From contig CAKUIF010000001.1 in assembly GCA_934660915.1 (NCBI GenBank), positions 192,319 to 256,318 of the forward strand: 64,000 nt of DNA, in the 5' to 3' direction. The position numbers were made by a program, and so were the translations under genes. Origin of the DNA: an uncultured Olsenella sp. (GTDB lineage: Bacteria; Actinomycetota; Coriobacteriia; Coriobacteriales; Atopobiaceae). Under the pieces are notes generated by a model. The model had not been told where the DNA came from. It did not search any database and saw nothing but the letters and a program-made list of their open reading frames with translations. Of the stretch, positions 48,826 through 58,372 are shown in pieces (the stretch's first letter is position 1; each line of letters begins with the position of its first letter).

Positions 48826-50751
48826 TTGAGCACGGGAGCCACTCAAGAGTCTGATCGTACAGCGCTTTTGCTGCGGCAAGCTCCATTGTTGCTCGCCATG
48901 TGCTTTCCCCTTGTGCCTCACCATTACGCATTCGTCGAGTTCTCCGTTCACGTCATGTGCGCGCCTTTGGCCTTCTCTCCGATTGCCGTCGCTTTTGCCT
49001 TTGCGCTTGTATCCAGCCCAAGAGTCCGGCATTCCGGCTTCCTTAGGCTCAGCTCCAAGTTTCTTCTTGCCTCTGCCCTGATTCTCATAGGATGCGACAT
49101 CGCCTATGCTGCCTGGAGGCTCGGCTATGACATCCAGATACCGATAGCATTCCTGCAGCCCATAGACGTCTTTGCTCAATCGTTTCTCTTAACATCGAGC
49201 GCCTTCATGTCCGCATGCAGAGCAATCGAAAACGACCTTCCTCGCGATTCAAACCAGAACACAAATGCCGCGACCTTCGCGTTCGCGCTTGGCGCCCTTC
49301 TTCCCCGAGTGCTCGGCTTGCTCAGTTATGCATTTCAAGGCTCAATTCCCGGGCAAATCGCCGTGTGTCTCGTCTCCGGGGCGACCGGATACTGCCTGCT
49401 CAATAGATTCAATCGATGCGCCAGCAATTCCGACCCCTTAATCACGGCGCCCCGCTCCGCTTTGCTCGGGCTCTTGTTCTCTTCCGCATTCGACGAGCTC
49501 ATGCTGACCGCCCTGTGCAGCGCGCAGGTCAATCTCGACTCTCAAAGCGCCGTCGCGCTCAGAGGCGCTGCGCTCGGCTACGCCATAGCCTTCGCCGCTT
49601 ATATCCTCATCGCTTTGCTTATAAGTCTCATTCTTTGGCTACTCCTGCGCGCTCGGCCGCGGGATGGCGGAGGCGTTTCGAGCGAGACCTCGGCACCAAC
49701 TCATAATCTCGAATCACTCAGCGAGCGCCAACGGCAGGTTTTGACCATGGCCTCCAGTGGCCTGTCCGATGCTGAAATCGCCCAGTCTCTTGGCCTGACG
49801 CCCGGCACCGTAAGCAACCATAAACGTCGAGGCCTCGAACGACTCGGTCTTTCCGGAGTCGCCGATCTCCGCGAGAACGACCGCGCCCAGGACGCGCAGG
49901 CCGTTGCCGAGCTTCCGCCGCGGCGCCCCGTCGCCAAGGTGATCCTCGGGATCGGCATCGCAGCGCTTATCTGCATTGCGCCCTTTATCCCCCTCGCTCC
50001 CGACATCGCATATTGCCTCGCTCTTTTCCTTGGCCTCATTACGTGCCTTGCCTCAATGATCCTGCCTCAATCGCAATCGCGCGGGTTCACGGATCGGCAG
50101 AACAAAGAAGTTCAGGAGCTGCAGTCAAACGTTTGCGCTTTCTCCTTTGTCCTCGGCATAGGGATTGCCCTGTGCTGGTCCTTCTCTAGCACTGTCACCG
50201 CCATTGCGGTCTGCGCATCGCTTTTTCTCATGGTCGGCGGAGGTTTTTCTGGTCGGATCGCGACCAAGGGCACCCCGAGCCCCCATAGCAGCGGCCTCCG
50301 AATCGCGGACGATACGACCCTTTCCACGGCCCTTGCGTTTATGGCGGCGGGGTTGATTCTCGCCGCGCACGCATCTCAGCTTCTCGGCATGCTGCCCGCT
50401 ACAGCGTCACGCTGCCATCTCGTAACCCAACTATGCGTTGCCATCACGGCCGTGAGGCTAACCGGAATTCTGATACGCCTCGGTCGAGTCAACGCCGCCA
50501 GCGAAGCGCCCGTGGACGTCTCGACGCATACAAAGGTCTTCCTTAGATCAAAGGGCGTCGGAGACCTGGAGGCCGAGGTTCTCACGCTCTCGGCACAGGG
50601 CTACACAAGACCTCAGATCTGCGACCTGCTTCACATCGCCGCGGGCACCGTGAACAGCTGTCGAGCCTCCGCCTACAAGAAACTCGGCATCCACAGCAAG
50701 GGCGAGCTCCTCGAATTGCTTGCGGAAACCGCAGATAAAGACTGTCGTTAA
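48826..50751 (+). CDS. Membrane-embedded LuxR-family regulator with two tandem modules (each ~6 TM plus C-terminal LuxR-type HTH)
   Basis: HTH 1 LSERQRQVLTMASSGLSDAEIAQSLGLTPGTVSNHKRRGLERLG (aa ~296-340). HTH 2 LTLSAQGYTRPQICDLLHIAAGTVNSCRASAYKKLGI (aa ~590-628). Hydrophobic segments precede each. Lower GC than the core. Confidence 0.7.
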   Translation: MSTGATQESDRTALLLRQAPLLLAMCFPLVPHHYAFVEFSVHVMCAPLAFSPIAVAFAFALVSSPRVRHSGFLRLSSKFLLASALILIGCDIAYAAWRLGYDIQIPIAFLQPIDVFAQSFLLTSSAFMSACRAIENDLPRDSNQNTNAATFAFALGALLPRVLGLLSYAFQGSIPGQIAVCLVSGATGYCLLNRFNRCASNSDPLITAPRSALLGLLFSSAFDELMLTALCSAQVNLDSQSAVALRGAALGYAIAFAAYILIALLISLILWLLLRARPRDGGGVSSETSAPTHNLESLSERQRQVLTMASSGLSDAEIAQSLGLTPGTVSNHKRRGLERLGLSGVADLRENDRAQDAQAVAELPPRRPVAKVILGIGIAALICIAPFIPLAPDIAYCLALFLGLITCLASMILPQSQSRGFTDRQNKEVQELQSNVCAFSFVLGIGIALCWSFSSTVTAIAVCASLFLMVGGGFSGRIATKGTPSPHSSGLRIADDTTLSTALAFMAAGLILAAHASQLLGMLPATASRCHLVTQLCVAITAVRLTGILIRLGRVNAASEAPVDVSTHTKVFLRSKGVGDLEAEVLTLSAQGYTRPQICDLLHIAAGTVNSCRASAYKKLGIHSKGELLELLAETADKDCR

Positions 50752-50850
50752 AACCGCATATCCCCTCGACACCAAACGTCGCGGCCTCCATAGATAGACT
50801 CCTTCTCGATCGTTTGCGCCCAATTGGAGCCCCGAGAGAACGGAGGCGCG

Positions 50851-51495
50851 ATGCTGGTCGAAATGAGGGATTACACGAAGACGCTCCAGGGCGTCACCGT
50901 GCTGGACAAGGTAAATCTCGCATTGGAAAGCGGGAAGATCTACGGCGTCAAGGGAAAGAACGGCTCGGGCAAAACGATGCTTTTGCGAGCATTGGCCGGC
51001 CTGATCTATCCGACGGCCGGCTCCCTTCTTATCGATGGCAAGCCGCTCGAAAAAGGCCATTTTCCTCCGAGCGTCGGTGTGCTCATCGAGACCCCTTCAT
51101 TTGTGCCGAACAGAACCGGGCTATCGAACCTCCTGGAGATCTCCGAGATCAAGGGCTTGATATCGGACCAAACGGTGGCCCGTGCGCTTCAAGCCGTCGG
51201 CCTCGACCCCAAAGACCGCAGGCCGGTCAGAAAGTACTCGCTGGGAATGCGCCAGCGACTTGGAATAGCCTGTGCGATCATGGAGCGGCCCTCGCTTCTG
51301 CTTCTGGACGAGCCGGTGAACGCCCTCGATCCTGCCGGCGTCGAGATGGCATGCAGGCTCTTTGCCGACGCAAGGCGCCACGACGCGATCGTCGTCATAG
51401 CCTGTCACGACTCGGAGGAGCTCGAGGAGCTCTTCGACGAGCGCATCGACCTTTCAGACGGCAGAATTGTCGGGAGGCGAAGCCCCCATGAATAG
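50851..51495 (+). CDS. ABC transporter ATP-binding protein (ABC-2 / lantibiotic-immunity-like NBD)
   Basis: Walker A GKNGSGKTM, signature YSLGMRQRL, Walker B LLLLDEP. Start could be 50824. Confidence 0.75.
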   Translation: MLVEMRDYTKTLQGVTVLDKVNLALESGKIYGVKGKNGSGKTMLLRALAGLIYPTAGSLLIDGKPLEKGHFPPSVGVLIETPSFVPNRTGLSNLLEISEIKGLISDQTVARALQAVGLDPKDRRPVRKYSLGMRQRLGIACAIMERPSLLLLDEPVNALDPAGVEMACRLFADARRHDAIVVIACHDSEELEELFDERIDLSDGRIVGRRSPHE

Positions 51496-52072
51496 GCGCA
51501 AGAAGAAAACTAGGGCAGTCCTTGCTGCACTTCTTGCGGCCCTGACAGCCTTCCTCTACGTCCACCGTTTCAAAGAAGTGAACGCCGGAATCAATTACTC
51601 AGTCAAGAATGCCCAAGTCGGAGAGCCCGTCCAAGCCAATCTAAGCGGCGCATCCACCGGCTCGCTTTCAACTATTACGGTCGTAAGCGCTCGCGAACTC
51701 ACGCCAGACGAGCTCGCCGAACTCTCGGCCCGGCCTTCCCTCGAAGGCTATCTGGGCAATGACGCCCATATCGTGCTCGTCTTCATCGCCACCGATGATA
51801 ACGAGGCGAGCACGGCGGCGGCAACGACCGGCGTCTATCTCCAATCCGGGGTCACCTCCTGGCAATGCGACCCGATGATCGGCATCGAGCTGGCGGAAGA
51901 TCCGCTGTCCACGATTGAGTCCGACGGAGCCGTCATCACTCTGGCGTATTTGGTCTCTCCCGCCCGATCCGGCGGGCAGGCCTGGGTTGGCCTGAACAAC
52001 AAGGGCTTCTCTTTGGTCACCTCTACGTGGCCTCAACGGGTGTCCGTCGAGCTTGGGAGGATTGAACCGTGA
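51488..52072 (+). CDS. Membrane-anchored protein of unknown function (N-terminal TM, extracytoplasmic domain)
   Basis: MNRRKKKTRAVLAALLAALTAFLYV. 8-nt overlap with the ABC ATPase stop. Confidence 0.5.
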   Translation: MNRRKKKTRAVLAALLAALTAFLYVHRFKEVNAGINYSVKNAQVGEPVQANLSGASTGSLSTITVVSARELTPDELAELSARPSLEGYLGNDAHIVLVFIATDDNEASTAAATTGVYLQSGVTSWQCDPMIGIELAEDPLSTIESDGAVITLAYLVSPARSGGQAWVGLNNKGFSLVTSTWPQRVSVELGRIEP

Positions 52073-52890
52073 TCATTTACGAGCTGAGGCGCGCTTTTAC
52101 CGGATATGGGTTCAGGATTGCCCTTTTTGCCGCGCTCTGCCTTTCGGCGCTACAGATTTGCTTCGTACCGCTGCAGTACTGCATCGGTGATGCATGGGGC
52201 CCATGGAGGTCAGGCGCATACGGCATGCCACCGTCAGTCTGGGCCTCCTGGATAGGCGGCACCCCGCAGTCCGTCTGGTCGGTTCTTTTCTATTACCTCG
52301 TGCCGCTCCTCTGCTGTGCCCCGTTCGCCTCTTCAGCCTGCACAGACCTCAACGGAGGTTTGGCCCCCGTGCTCGCCTCGCGTTCGAGCGCACGCGAGTA
52401 CGTGTTCTCCAAGATGCTGGCAAGCTGCGCCTCCGGGGTGTTCCTTTTTGTGGTCCCCCAGGTCTTAAACCTGCTTGCCACCATGCTGCTCGTGCCCTTG
52501 ATTCCCCCAGACCCCGTTACGTTGCTGTTCCCCATCACCTACCGGGCCGCCGCAGCCGAGCTGTACTATTCCTCTCCCCTGTTCTACACGCTGCTCTTCT
52601 TGGCAGTCGGATCCGCTTTCGTCTGTCTCCTGAACTGTGTTTGCATCGCCTGCTCGAGTCGGTTGCGGTCCCGTCTGCTCATCTCGTTTTTGCCGTTTTT
52701 GGGGTGCATGCTGCTGAATTTCCTCCTAGACACGATTGGCCTAGCCCGCTACTCCCCCGAAAATATCCTGAGCCCTTACCAGCAATACCCGGGAATGAAC
52801 GTCGGCCTTGTGTTCGCGCTTCTCGCTCTTTTGCTTGCCGTGGTTGTGGGGTACGCGGCAATCAAATCGCAAAGGGCTGATGTCTTGTGA
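52069..52890 (+). CDS. ABC-2-type permease-like membrane protein 1
   Basis: GTGA overlap with the previous gene. ~6 TM segments. Confidence 0.6.
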   Translation: MIIYELRRAFTGYGFRIALFAALCLSALQICFVPLQYCIGDAWGPWRSGAYGMPPSVWASWIGGTPQSVWSVLFYYLVPLLCCAPFASSACTDLNGGLAPVLASRSSAREYVFSKMLASCASGVFLFVVPQVLNLLATMLLVPLIPPDPVTLLFPITYRAAAAELYYSSPLFYTLLFLAVGSAFVCLLNCVCIACSSRLRSRLLISFLPFLGCMLLNFLLDTIGLARYSPENILSPYQQYPGMNVGLVFALLALLLAVVVGYAAIKSQRADVL

Positions 52891-53717
52891 GGTCGCATGG
52901 CAAGAGGCGCCGACCTCGGATATCGAGGGCCTTGGCGCTGGCCCGCCACTTTGCGCGGCCCGGGCGCATGGCCTCGCGCGGGTTCATGATCGCGTTCGCC
53001 GTCTTCGACTCTGCGGCAATCGCGCTGTCATCGAATGCGCACGGTTATTCCTCGGCTTCTCCGCTCGATGCTATTTTGCTCCTGTTCTACGGCGAGCCCG
53101 AGCACGCGCCGTCCTCACGCTTTTATTTGACCATCCCCATAACATGGCTCATGGGTCAGGCCCTCTTCTTTGCTTTTATCGCTTGCGCGCTCTTTTGGGC
53201 CACCGGCGGCCGAGGAAAGCAATACCTGCTGCGGGCCGGGTCCTCAAGGACATGGTGGTCCTCCCTATACCTAGCCGTGTTGGCGATGACGCTTGCGCGC
53301 TTCCTCATATCCCTAGCGGTTTGCGCGGCCTTCCCAGCCGTTTCACATTTGCTCAGTATCGAGCCGGGCACAGGCGAGCTCTCCCCTGTTTGCTCATTAG
53401 GATTCTCGGCCCAAGTCGCGCTGCATATGGCCCTCTCGGTCTTGCTGCCGCAAATCCTGCTTGCCCAGCTCTTGGCTTTCTTGTCCCTTTATATGGGAGC
53501 GTTCTGGTCGTTCGCATGCGCCGCGGCGTTTTCCGCCCTCTCGGCGCTCGCGCCGGGCGCCTTGCTCTTTGGTGACTGGAGCATGCTCGCCAGAAACGCG
53601 ATTTGCCGTTCCGGAGGCCTGAGCCCAGTGGTCATCGAAGCGTTTTCCTTTCTTCTTTGCGCGTTGCTCTGGGCAATCGGCGCCCTCAAGGTGACGTCGC
53701 GCGTCGAGCTTATGTAG
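52887..53717 (+). CDS. ABC-2-type permease-like membrane protein 2
   Basis: ATGA overlap with the previous gene. ~6 TM. Start may be internal Met MASRGFMIAF. Confidence 0.55.
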   Translation: MRSHGKRRRPRISRALALARHFARPGRMASRGFMIAFAVFDSAAIALSSNAHGYSSASPLDAILLLFYGEPEHAPSSRFYLTIPITWLMGQALFFAFIACALFWATGGRGKQYLLRAGSSRTWWSSLYLAVLAMTLARFLISLAVCAAFPAVSHLLSIEPGTGELSPVCSLGFSAQVALHMALSVLLPQILLAQLLAFLSLYMGAFWSFACAAAFSALSALAPGALLFGDWSMLARNAICRSGGLSPVVIEAFSFLLCALLWAIGALKVTSRVELM

Positions 53718-53743
53718 GAACCCGTCTCAACCATCGGAGCCGC

Positions 53744-54574
53744 ATGTTGTCTCACGAAAAGAAGCTATTAAGGTCTTGCCGCGCAAACCGAGGCCTGGTG
53801 TTATCCCTGCTGATTATCTCCGCAATCGTCGTTCGGTATAACCAGACGGGATTTGCGCTGTCTCTACCTGCGAGAAGCCGCCCGTCCCCCATTGACTTCC
53901 TGATCTTTGATATGGGGACGGATGGTCAGTTGAGCATCGCCTGGCTCCTTGCCCCGCTTTGTTCGATGGCACTTGTGTCTTTGGCGCTTGGCCCCGAGGC
54001 GCACGAGATGGCGCTTCTTGGCCATGGCTCGCTGCGAAGGCTATGGCTTTCCGAGCTGATCGACGCCATCTTGGCAGCCGCGCATGTATCGGTCGCCGTA
54101 TTTCTCATTTCCTTGTTCTGCGGGTTTGCAGCGGCGGACGCTCACAGCGCCGGAGCCGCCAGCAGCGTCTTCGCAATGATGACGGGGCAGGAAATAAACC
54201 CGAGCGCAAGTCAGGTATTTGTTGCGCTCGCTTGCTTGGCTCACTTGTTGTCGGTGACCTTCTTTGTAACGCTGATATATCTGGGCACAAGAAGAATTAC
54301 CGTGAGCCGGCTGGGCTCATTCGCCTTAACCCTTGTGCTTCTGCTTCCGAGCGTCACGGATGGAAACTCGTTTGTAAGCGACCTTTTGCGGAACCTCCCC
54401 GGCATCGCATTCGTCGAGAACCCCATCCATGCTTTCGTCACGTTCCAGAGCGTCGATTGGCAGCGATGGCTTGGCGGCGAGGCCCCGCATCTTTGGTTTT
54501 TGCCCCTGATGTCCCTGCTGTTAGCCGCAGTCGTGTACGGACTCTCAAATCGGCAAGAAGTGCCTTGGCGGTAA
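53744..54574 (+). CDS. ABC-2-type permease-like membrane protein 3
   Basis: GGAG RBS. ~6 TM. Internal start in ORF 53603..54574. Confidence 0.55.
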   Translation: MLSHEKKLLRSCRANRGLVLSLLIISAIVVRYNQTGFALSLPARSRPSPIDFLIFDMGTDGQLSIAWLLAPLCSMALVSLALGPEAHEMALLGHGSLRRLWLSELIDAILAAAHVSVAVFLISLFCGFAAADAHSAGAASSVFAMMTGQEINPSASQVFVALACLAHLLSVTFFVTLIYLGTRRITVSRLGSFALTLVLLLPSVTDGNSFVSDLLRNLPGIAFVENPIHAFVTFQSVDWQRWLGGEAPHLWFLPLMSLLLAAVVYGLSNRQEVPWR

Positions 54575-54625
54575 GGACCGTCAAAAAGCTCTCGCCATCC
54601 GTACACCCAGCAAAGAAGCTCCGAT

Positions 54626-55423
54626 CTAGCCCGCCAAAGACGAGAGCCGCTCCGCGCCCGCAGGCTGTGCCGAGTACATCTTCACCAGCCGGACGACGGT
54701 GCCGGAACCCGAGGTCTTGGGGCCGATGGTCACCGAGTCGGCCAAAAGCCGCATGAGCTTGATCCCGCGCCCGCGCTCGGCGAACGAGTCTTCTCCGGCA
54801 TCGGCGGCAGCCCCACCCTCGCCGGCGCAACCGCAGCCGCCCGGCAAGAAGCCCTCGCCGCAGTCTGCCACGTCGACCACGACGCGGTCCGCGTACGCCG
54901 CGACCGTAACCAGCACTCCATCGGCGCAGGTGTGGTCCACGGCGTTGCCCACGGCCTCGCCCGACGCGAGGTTCATGTCAAAGAGGTCGCCGTCGGAGAG
55001 TGGCAGCTCGGCGATCATGCGCTGCAGGCGATTGCGTGCGCAGTCGAGCTTGTCTTTATCCACCCGAAACGTCGTTCGCCACTCGGGCAGGGTGTTCGCG
55101 GGGAGCTCCGGCACCTCAGTAGAGTCGCCCGCGCGCGTGACAGGCACGAGGTCCGCCATCCGCATGACGACGAGCGCCCGGTACACTCTGTCGGCCACGT
55201 TGGTGAGGGAAATGAGCCCGCCCACTTGGCGCATGCGGCGCATCTCGCGCAGGATCATCCCGAAGCCGGCCGAGTCGGCGTAGGAGGCGTTGGCCATGTT
55301 GAGCACGACGCGGCGGCAACCGGAGTCGATGAGCTCGTCGACGAGCTCGCGCACCTTGGGCGCCGACCTCACGTCGAGGTCGCCGTCCACGCTCACCTGC
55401 GCTATGTTCGTCTTCGTCGTCAT
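54626..55423 (-). CDS. Fused anti-sigma-factor antagonist (STAS, RsbV/SpoIIAA-like) plus anti-sigma-factor serine kinase (HATPase_c, RsbW/SpoIIAB-like)
   Basis: N-terminal STAS domain with a conserved Ser context (LNMANASYADSAGFGMI). C-terminal GHKL region (GEAVGNAVDHT...DCGEGF...GRGIKLM). Confidence 0.68.
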   Translation of the reverse strand: MTTKTNIAQVSVDGDLDVRSAPKVRELVDELIDSGCRRVVLNMANASYADSAGFGMILREMRRMRQVGGLISLTNVADRVYRALVVMRMADLVPVTRAGDSTEVPELPANTLPEWRTTFRVDKDKLDCARNRLQRMIAELPLSDGDLFDMNLASGEAVGNAVDHTCADGVLVTVAAYADRVVVDVADCGEGFLPGGCGCAGEGGAAADAGEDSFAERGRGIKLMRLLADSVTIGPKTSGSGTVVRLVKMYSAQPAGAERLSSLAG

Positions 55424-55488
55424 ATCCAGAGCATGCCCAGCAAGAAACCCCGCTAAACACGCAGTTTGCCCAGGGGGCACAAATTGGC

Positions 55489-57732
55489 CTACCCGAGCGC
55501 GTCGAAGCGCAGCGACACCATGGCCACGTCGTCCTCGAGCTTGTGTCCTGTGAACTCCTCGACGGTGCCCAACAAACGGCTCAGGAAGCCCTCATACGGC
55601 TTTTGGGGGTCGCTCTCGCGCATAACCATGTCGCGCAGCCCCTGCTCGCCGAAAAATGCCCCCGCAGGATCACGGGCCTCGGTCGTGCCGTCGGTGTACA
55701 GCAAAAGCACGTCGCCCTCGCCGATGTCGATCGAGCCGTCGCGGTAGGCGATGTCGTGGAAGGCGCCTACGACGCCCGACTGCACGTCCAGAAGCGTCAT
55801 CTCCTGGCCGCCCGCGCGCACGAGCAGCGCCGGCGGGTGCCCCGCGGAGCAGTACGTGATGGTCGATGCTGCGAGGTCGATGATACCCACAAACAGCGTG
55901 GCAAAGGTCTCGACGCGCGAGAACCCCAGGAGGAACTCGTTTAAGCTCCGCACCATGCGCGCCGGCGCGAGGCCTTCCCAGGCGTAGGCTCCGAGCGCCG
56001 TCTTTACCGCGGCGGAGACCGAGGCGGCCTCGACGCCCTTGCCCGAGACGTCGCCCATGATCACGCAGGCGCGGCGATCGGGCAGGCAGATCAAGTCGTA
56101 GAAGTCGCCGCCCACGAAGGCGGACGCAGTGGCCGACGAGTAAACGCCCTGGGCGTCGATGCCCTCCACGTGCTGGAGCTCGTTTTTCATCCCCGACTGG
56201 AGGGCCTGCGAGATGCGCCGGTTCTCGTAGCGGGTCTTCTCGCCCTCTAGGACGTCGCGCAGGCACGAGGCCAAACGCGCGAGGAAGGCGAGGTCCACCT
56301 CGTCGAACGGCTCGGCGCCGTCCGGGCGAAGCATGAGGCAGGCACGCCGCGCGCCCACCGCCTCGCCGCCGTCGACCAACACCGCCTCGCACGGCTCGCC
56401 GAGCTCGCGCAGGCGCTCGCGCACCTCGTCTCCGGGCATGAGCGGCACGACGGACACGCCGTCGATCGCATGCCCCTCGCACAGCTCGTCGATGTCGCAG
56501 TCGAACTCCTGGCGCCCCGTGAGGGGAAGCGTCGCCGCGAGCTTTCCCGGCTCGACCTCCACGTCGACGAAGGCCGCATCCAGCTCGCTGGCAGCCTCGC
56601 GCATCATCTGAAGGATTGCCTCGAGCGGCTTGTCGGAGTCCCCCAGACCAAGGGCCTTCTCGCGCAGCTCCGTGAGGATCTCGTCGAGGCGCGCCGAGCG
56701 CTGCGAGCGCATGGTCGCGAAGGCGCCGACGAGCTGGACCGCCAGGTAGTGAGCAACGGAGTCGAGCAGGCGCGCGTCCTCTTTGTCGACCGGGTACTGG
56801 CGTTTCCAGCCCACCTCGATGATCGAGATGACCTCACCGTCGAACCACACCGGCACGGCGATGAAGCTGGTAAAGGGCGGCAGGAGCTTTGACTGGATCT
56901 TTATGACCTCGCGCGTGTCCTCGTTGACCACCTCGCGCGAGGCCAGGCGCCCCGCGCGCAGGGAGTCGCCCGTCGGCGGCGCCACGCGCAGGCGCACCGC
57001 CTTTCCGGCGCGCGTCGCGAGCGTCTCGACCGTGCGCCCGAAGTGCATGAAGCGCGGAACCCGGGCCGCGTCGATATCGCCCGCCAGGCCGCGCAGGTGG
57101 AAGCCGTCGGCGCCTGCGAGGTAAACGACCGTGCCGTCCGCGTCGAGCGTCTGGTAGAGCTGCTCGAGCACGCGCGAGAAGAGCTCGCCCACGTCCGGCG
57201 CGTCAAGCGTGTCGAGGACGATGTTGAAGGCGCCCGAGAGGCGCTTGTTCGCGCGCTTGAGGTCGTCGACCGTTCGGTCGTGCTCTCGGGCGTCGGCGAG
57301 CCCCTCGTCGGTCGCGTGGGCCACGAGCAGATACGTCTCGCCGGGCGCCACCACCGACTCGCAGCGGATCGTCACGGCGCGAAGGGCGCCGTCGAGGCCG
57401 CGGCACATGGCGGGCACCGAGGAGCCGTCGAGCGCGAAGGGCAAATCCTCCACCGAGGACGCGATGCCCGGCGCCGTCGACGCGTCGGCGTCGTCGAGGT
57501 CGGGAAAGAGGCCCTGCACGTAGAGCCCCGCCACGTCGACGCCGTCGGCGGCCAGAAGCTCGGACGCCTCCCCGTTGGCAAGAAGCACCCTGCCCGTCCC
57601 GTCAAAGACGAGCACGCAGTCGCTCGTGAGCTGCAAAAGGCGCGAGAAGGTGCCCGCGAGGCTCCCCTCCCCGATTCCTTCCATATGACGCCTCGAGAGC
57701 GCCGTCTTGGACCTCGCCATGCGCGCGGCCAA
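55489..57732 (-). CDS. PAS/GAF-domain-containing PP2C-family serine phosphatase (RsbU/SpoIIE-like)
   Basis: C-terminal PP2C motifs (GGDFYD, GDVSGKG, LLLYTDG) and N-terminal sensory domains. 747 aa. Confidence 0.75.
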   Translation of the reverse strand: MAARMARSKTALSRRHMEGIGEGSLAGTFSRLLQLTSDCVLVFDGTGRVLLANGEASELLAADGVDVAGLYVQGLFPDLDDADASTAPGIASSVEDLPFALDGSSVPAMCRGLDGALRAVTIRCESVVAPGETYLLVAHATDEGLADAREHDRTVDDLKRANKRLSGAFNIVLDTLDAPDVGELFSRVLEQLYQTLDADGTVVYLAGADGFHLRGLAGDIDAARVPRFMHFGRTVETLATRAGKAVRLRVAPPTGDSLRAGRLASREVVNEDTREVIKIQSKLLPPFTSFIAVPVWFDGEVISIIEVGWKRQYPVDKEDARLLDSVAHYLAVQLVGAFATMRSQRSARLDEILTELREKALGLGDSDKPLEAILQMMREAASELDAAFVDVEVEPGKLAATLPLTGRQEFDCDIDELCEGHAIDGVSVVPLMPGDEVRERLRELGEPCEAVLVDGGEAVGARRACLMLRPDGAEPFDEVDLAFLARLASCLRDVLEGEKTRYENRRISQALQSGMKNELQHVEGIDAQGVYSSATASAFVGGDFYDLICLPDRRACVIMGDVSGKGVEAASVSAAVKTALGAYAWEGLAPARMVRSLNEFLLGFSRVETFATLFVGIIDLAASTITYCSAGHPPALLVRAGGQEMTLLDVQSGVVGAFHDIAYRDGSIDIGEGDVLLLYTDGTTEARDPAGAFFGEQGLRDMVMRESDPQKPYEGFLSRLLGTVEEFTGHKLEDDVAMVSLRFDALG

Positions 57733-57759
57733 CCTTTCGTCCGGGGCCGCGCGAAGGTG

Positions 57760-58182
57760 CTAGCCGACCTCGTAGAGGTCCTTGGCCTCCAAAAACGCAA
57801 GGCCGCTATCGCGCAGCTTGATCTCCAGCGGCTCGCCGGTGGCCTTGATCACGTCCACCGTGCGGTCGCCCATGGAGCAAGTGTAGGCGTATTCGACGTT
57901 GAGGTCACACGACGCGAGGCGGTCGAGAAGGTGCCCCAACGCGCCGGGGACGTTTTCCACCTCGGCGGCGACCACGCGGGCACACATGGCGTTGTAGCCG
58001 CGCTCACGCAGCATCTGGGCGGTCGCGCGAGGCTTGTCGCAGATCACGCGGATTATGCCGAAATCAACCGTCTCGGCGACCATGAGGGCGTGGATCTGAA
58101 TGCTCTTCTCGCCGAGCAGGTGGCACATGGCGGCGAGCTTTCCAGGGCCGTCGGGCAAGCACACGGTGAGCTGATCGATCAT
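57760..58182 (-). CDS. ACT-domain protein (small-ligand-binding regulatory domain)
   Basis: 140 aa from internal Met MIDQLTVCLPDGPGKLAAMCHLLGEK. Two ACT-like halves. Confidence 0.6.
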   Translation of the reverse strand: MIDQLTVCLPDGPGKLAAMCHLLGEKSIQIHALMVAETVDFGIIRVICDKPRATAQMLRERGYNAMCARVVAAEVENVPGALGHLLDRLASCDLNVEYAYTCSMGDRTVDVIKATGEPLEIKLRDSGLAFLEAKDLYEVG

Positions 58183-58336
58183 GAGGAGGCTCCCTTCGTC
58201 TGGACTTTTCCCCATCCTAGGGCGTCGGCAAGAAGGGCTAAAGATTGCGAAACGCGCGGGTTTCGACTTTGTTCGCTTCCAGACACACGGTGCGATTTCT
58301 TGTAACAAGAAGGACCGTGGTAATGAGCATCTATAC

Positions 58337-58368
58337 CAAAAGAGGGTCTCCGAAGAGACCCTCTTGAA
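58337..58368 (-). terminator. Rho-independent terminator downstream of tRNA-Leu
   Basis: Minus strand: AAGAGGGTCTCTTCGGAGACCCTCTT then TTGG, with a T-rich tail. Confidence 0.55.
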
Positions 58369-58372
58369 TTTC

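Noticed and set aside
48826-54574. Prophage or integrative element call for the tRNA-adjacent island
   Set aside because: No integrase, excisionase, phage structural or conjugation genes are present in the window. Only the duplicated tRNA-Gly and low GC suggest acquisition, so it is reported as a finding, not as a mobile_element feature.
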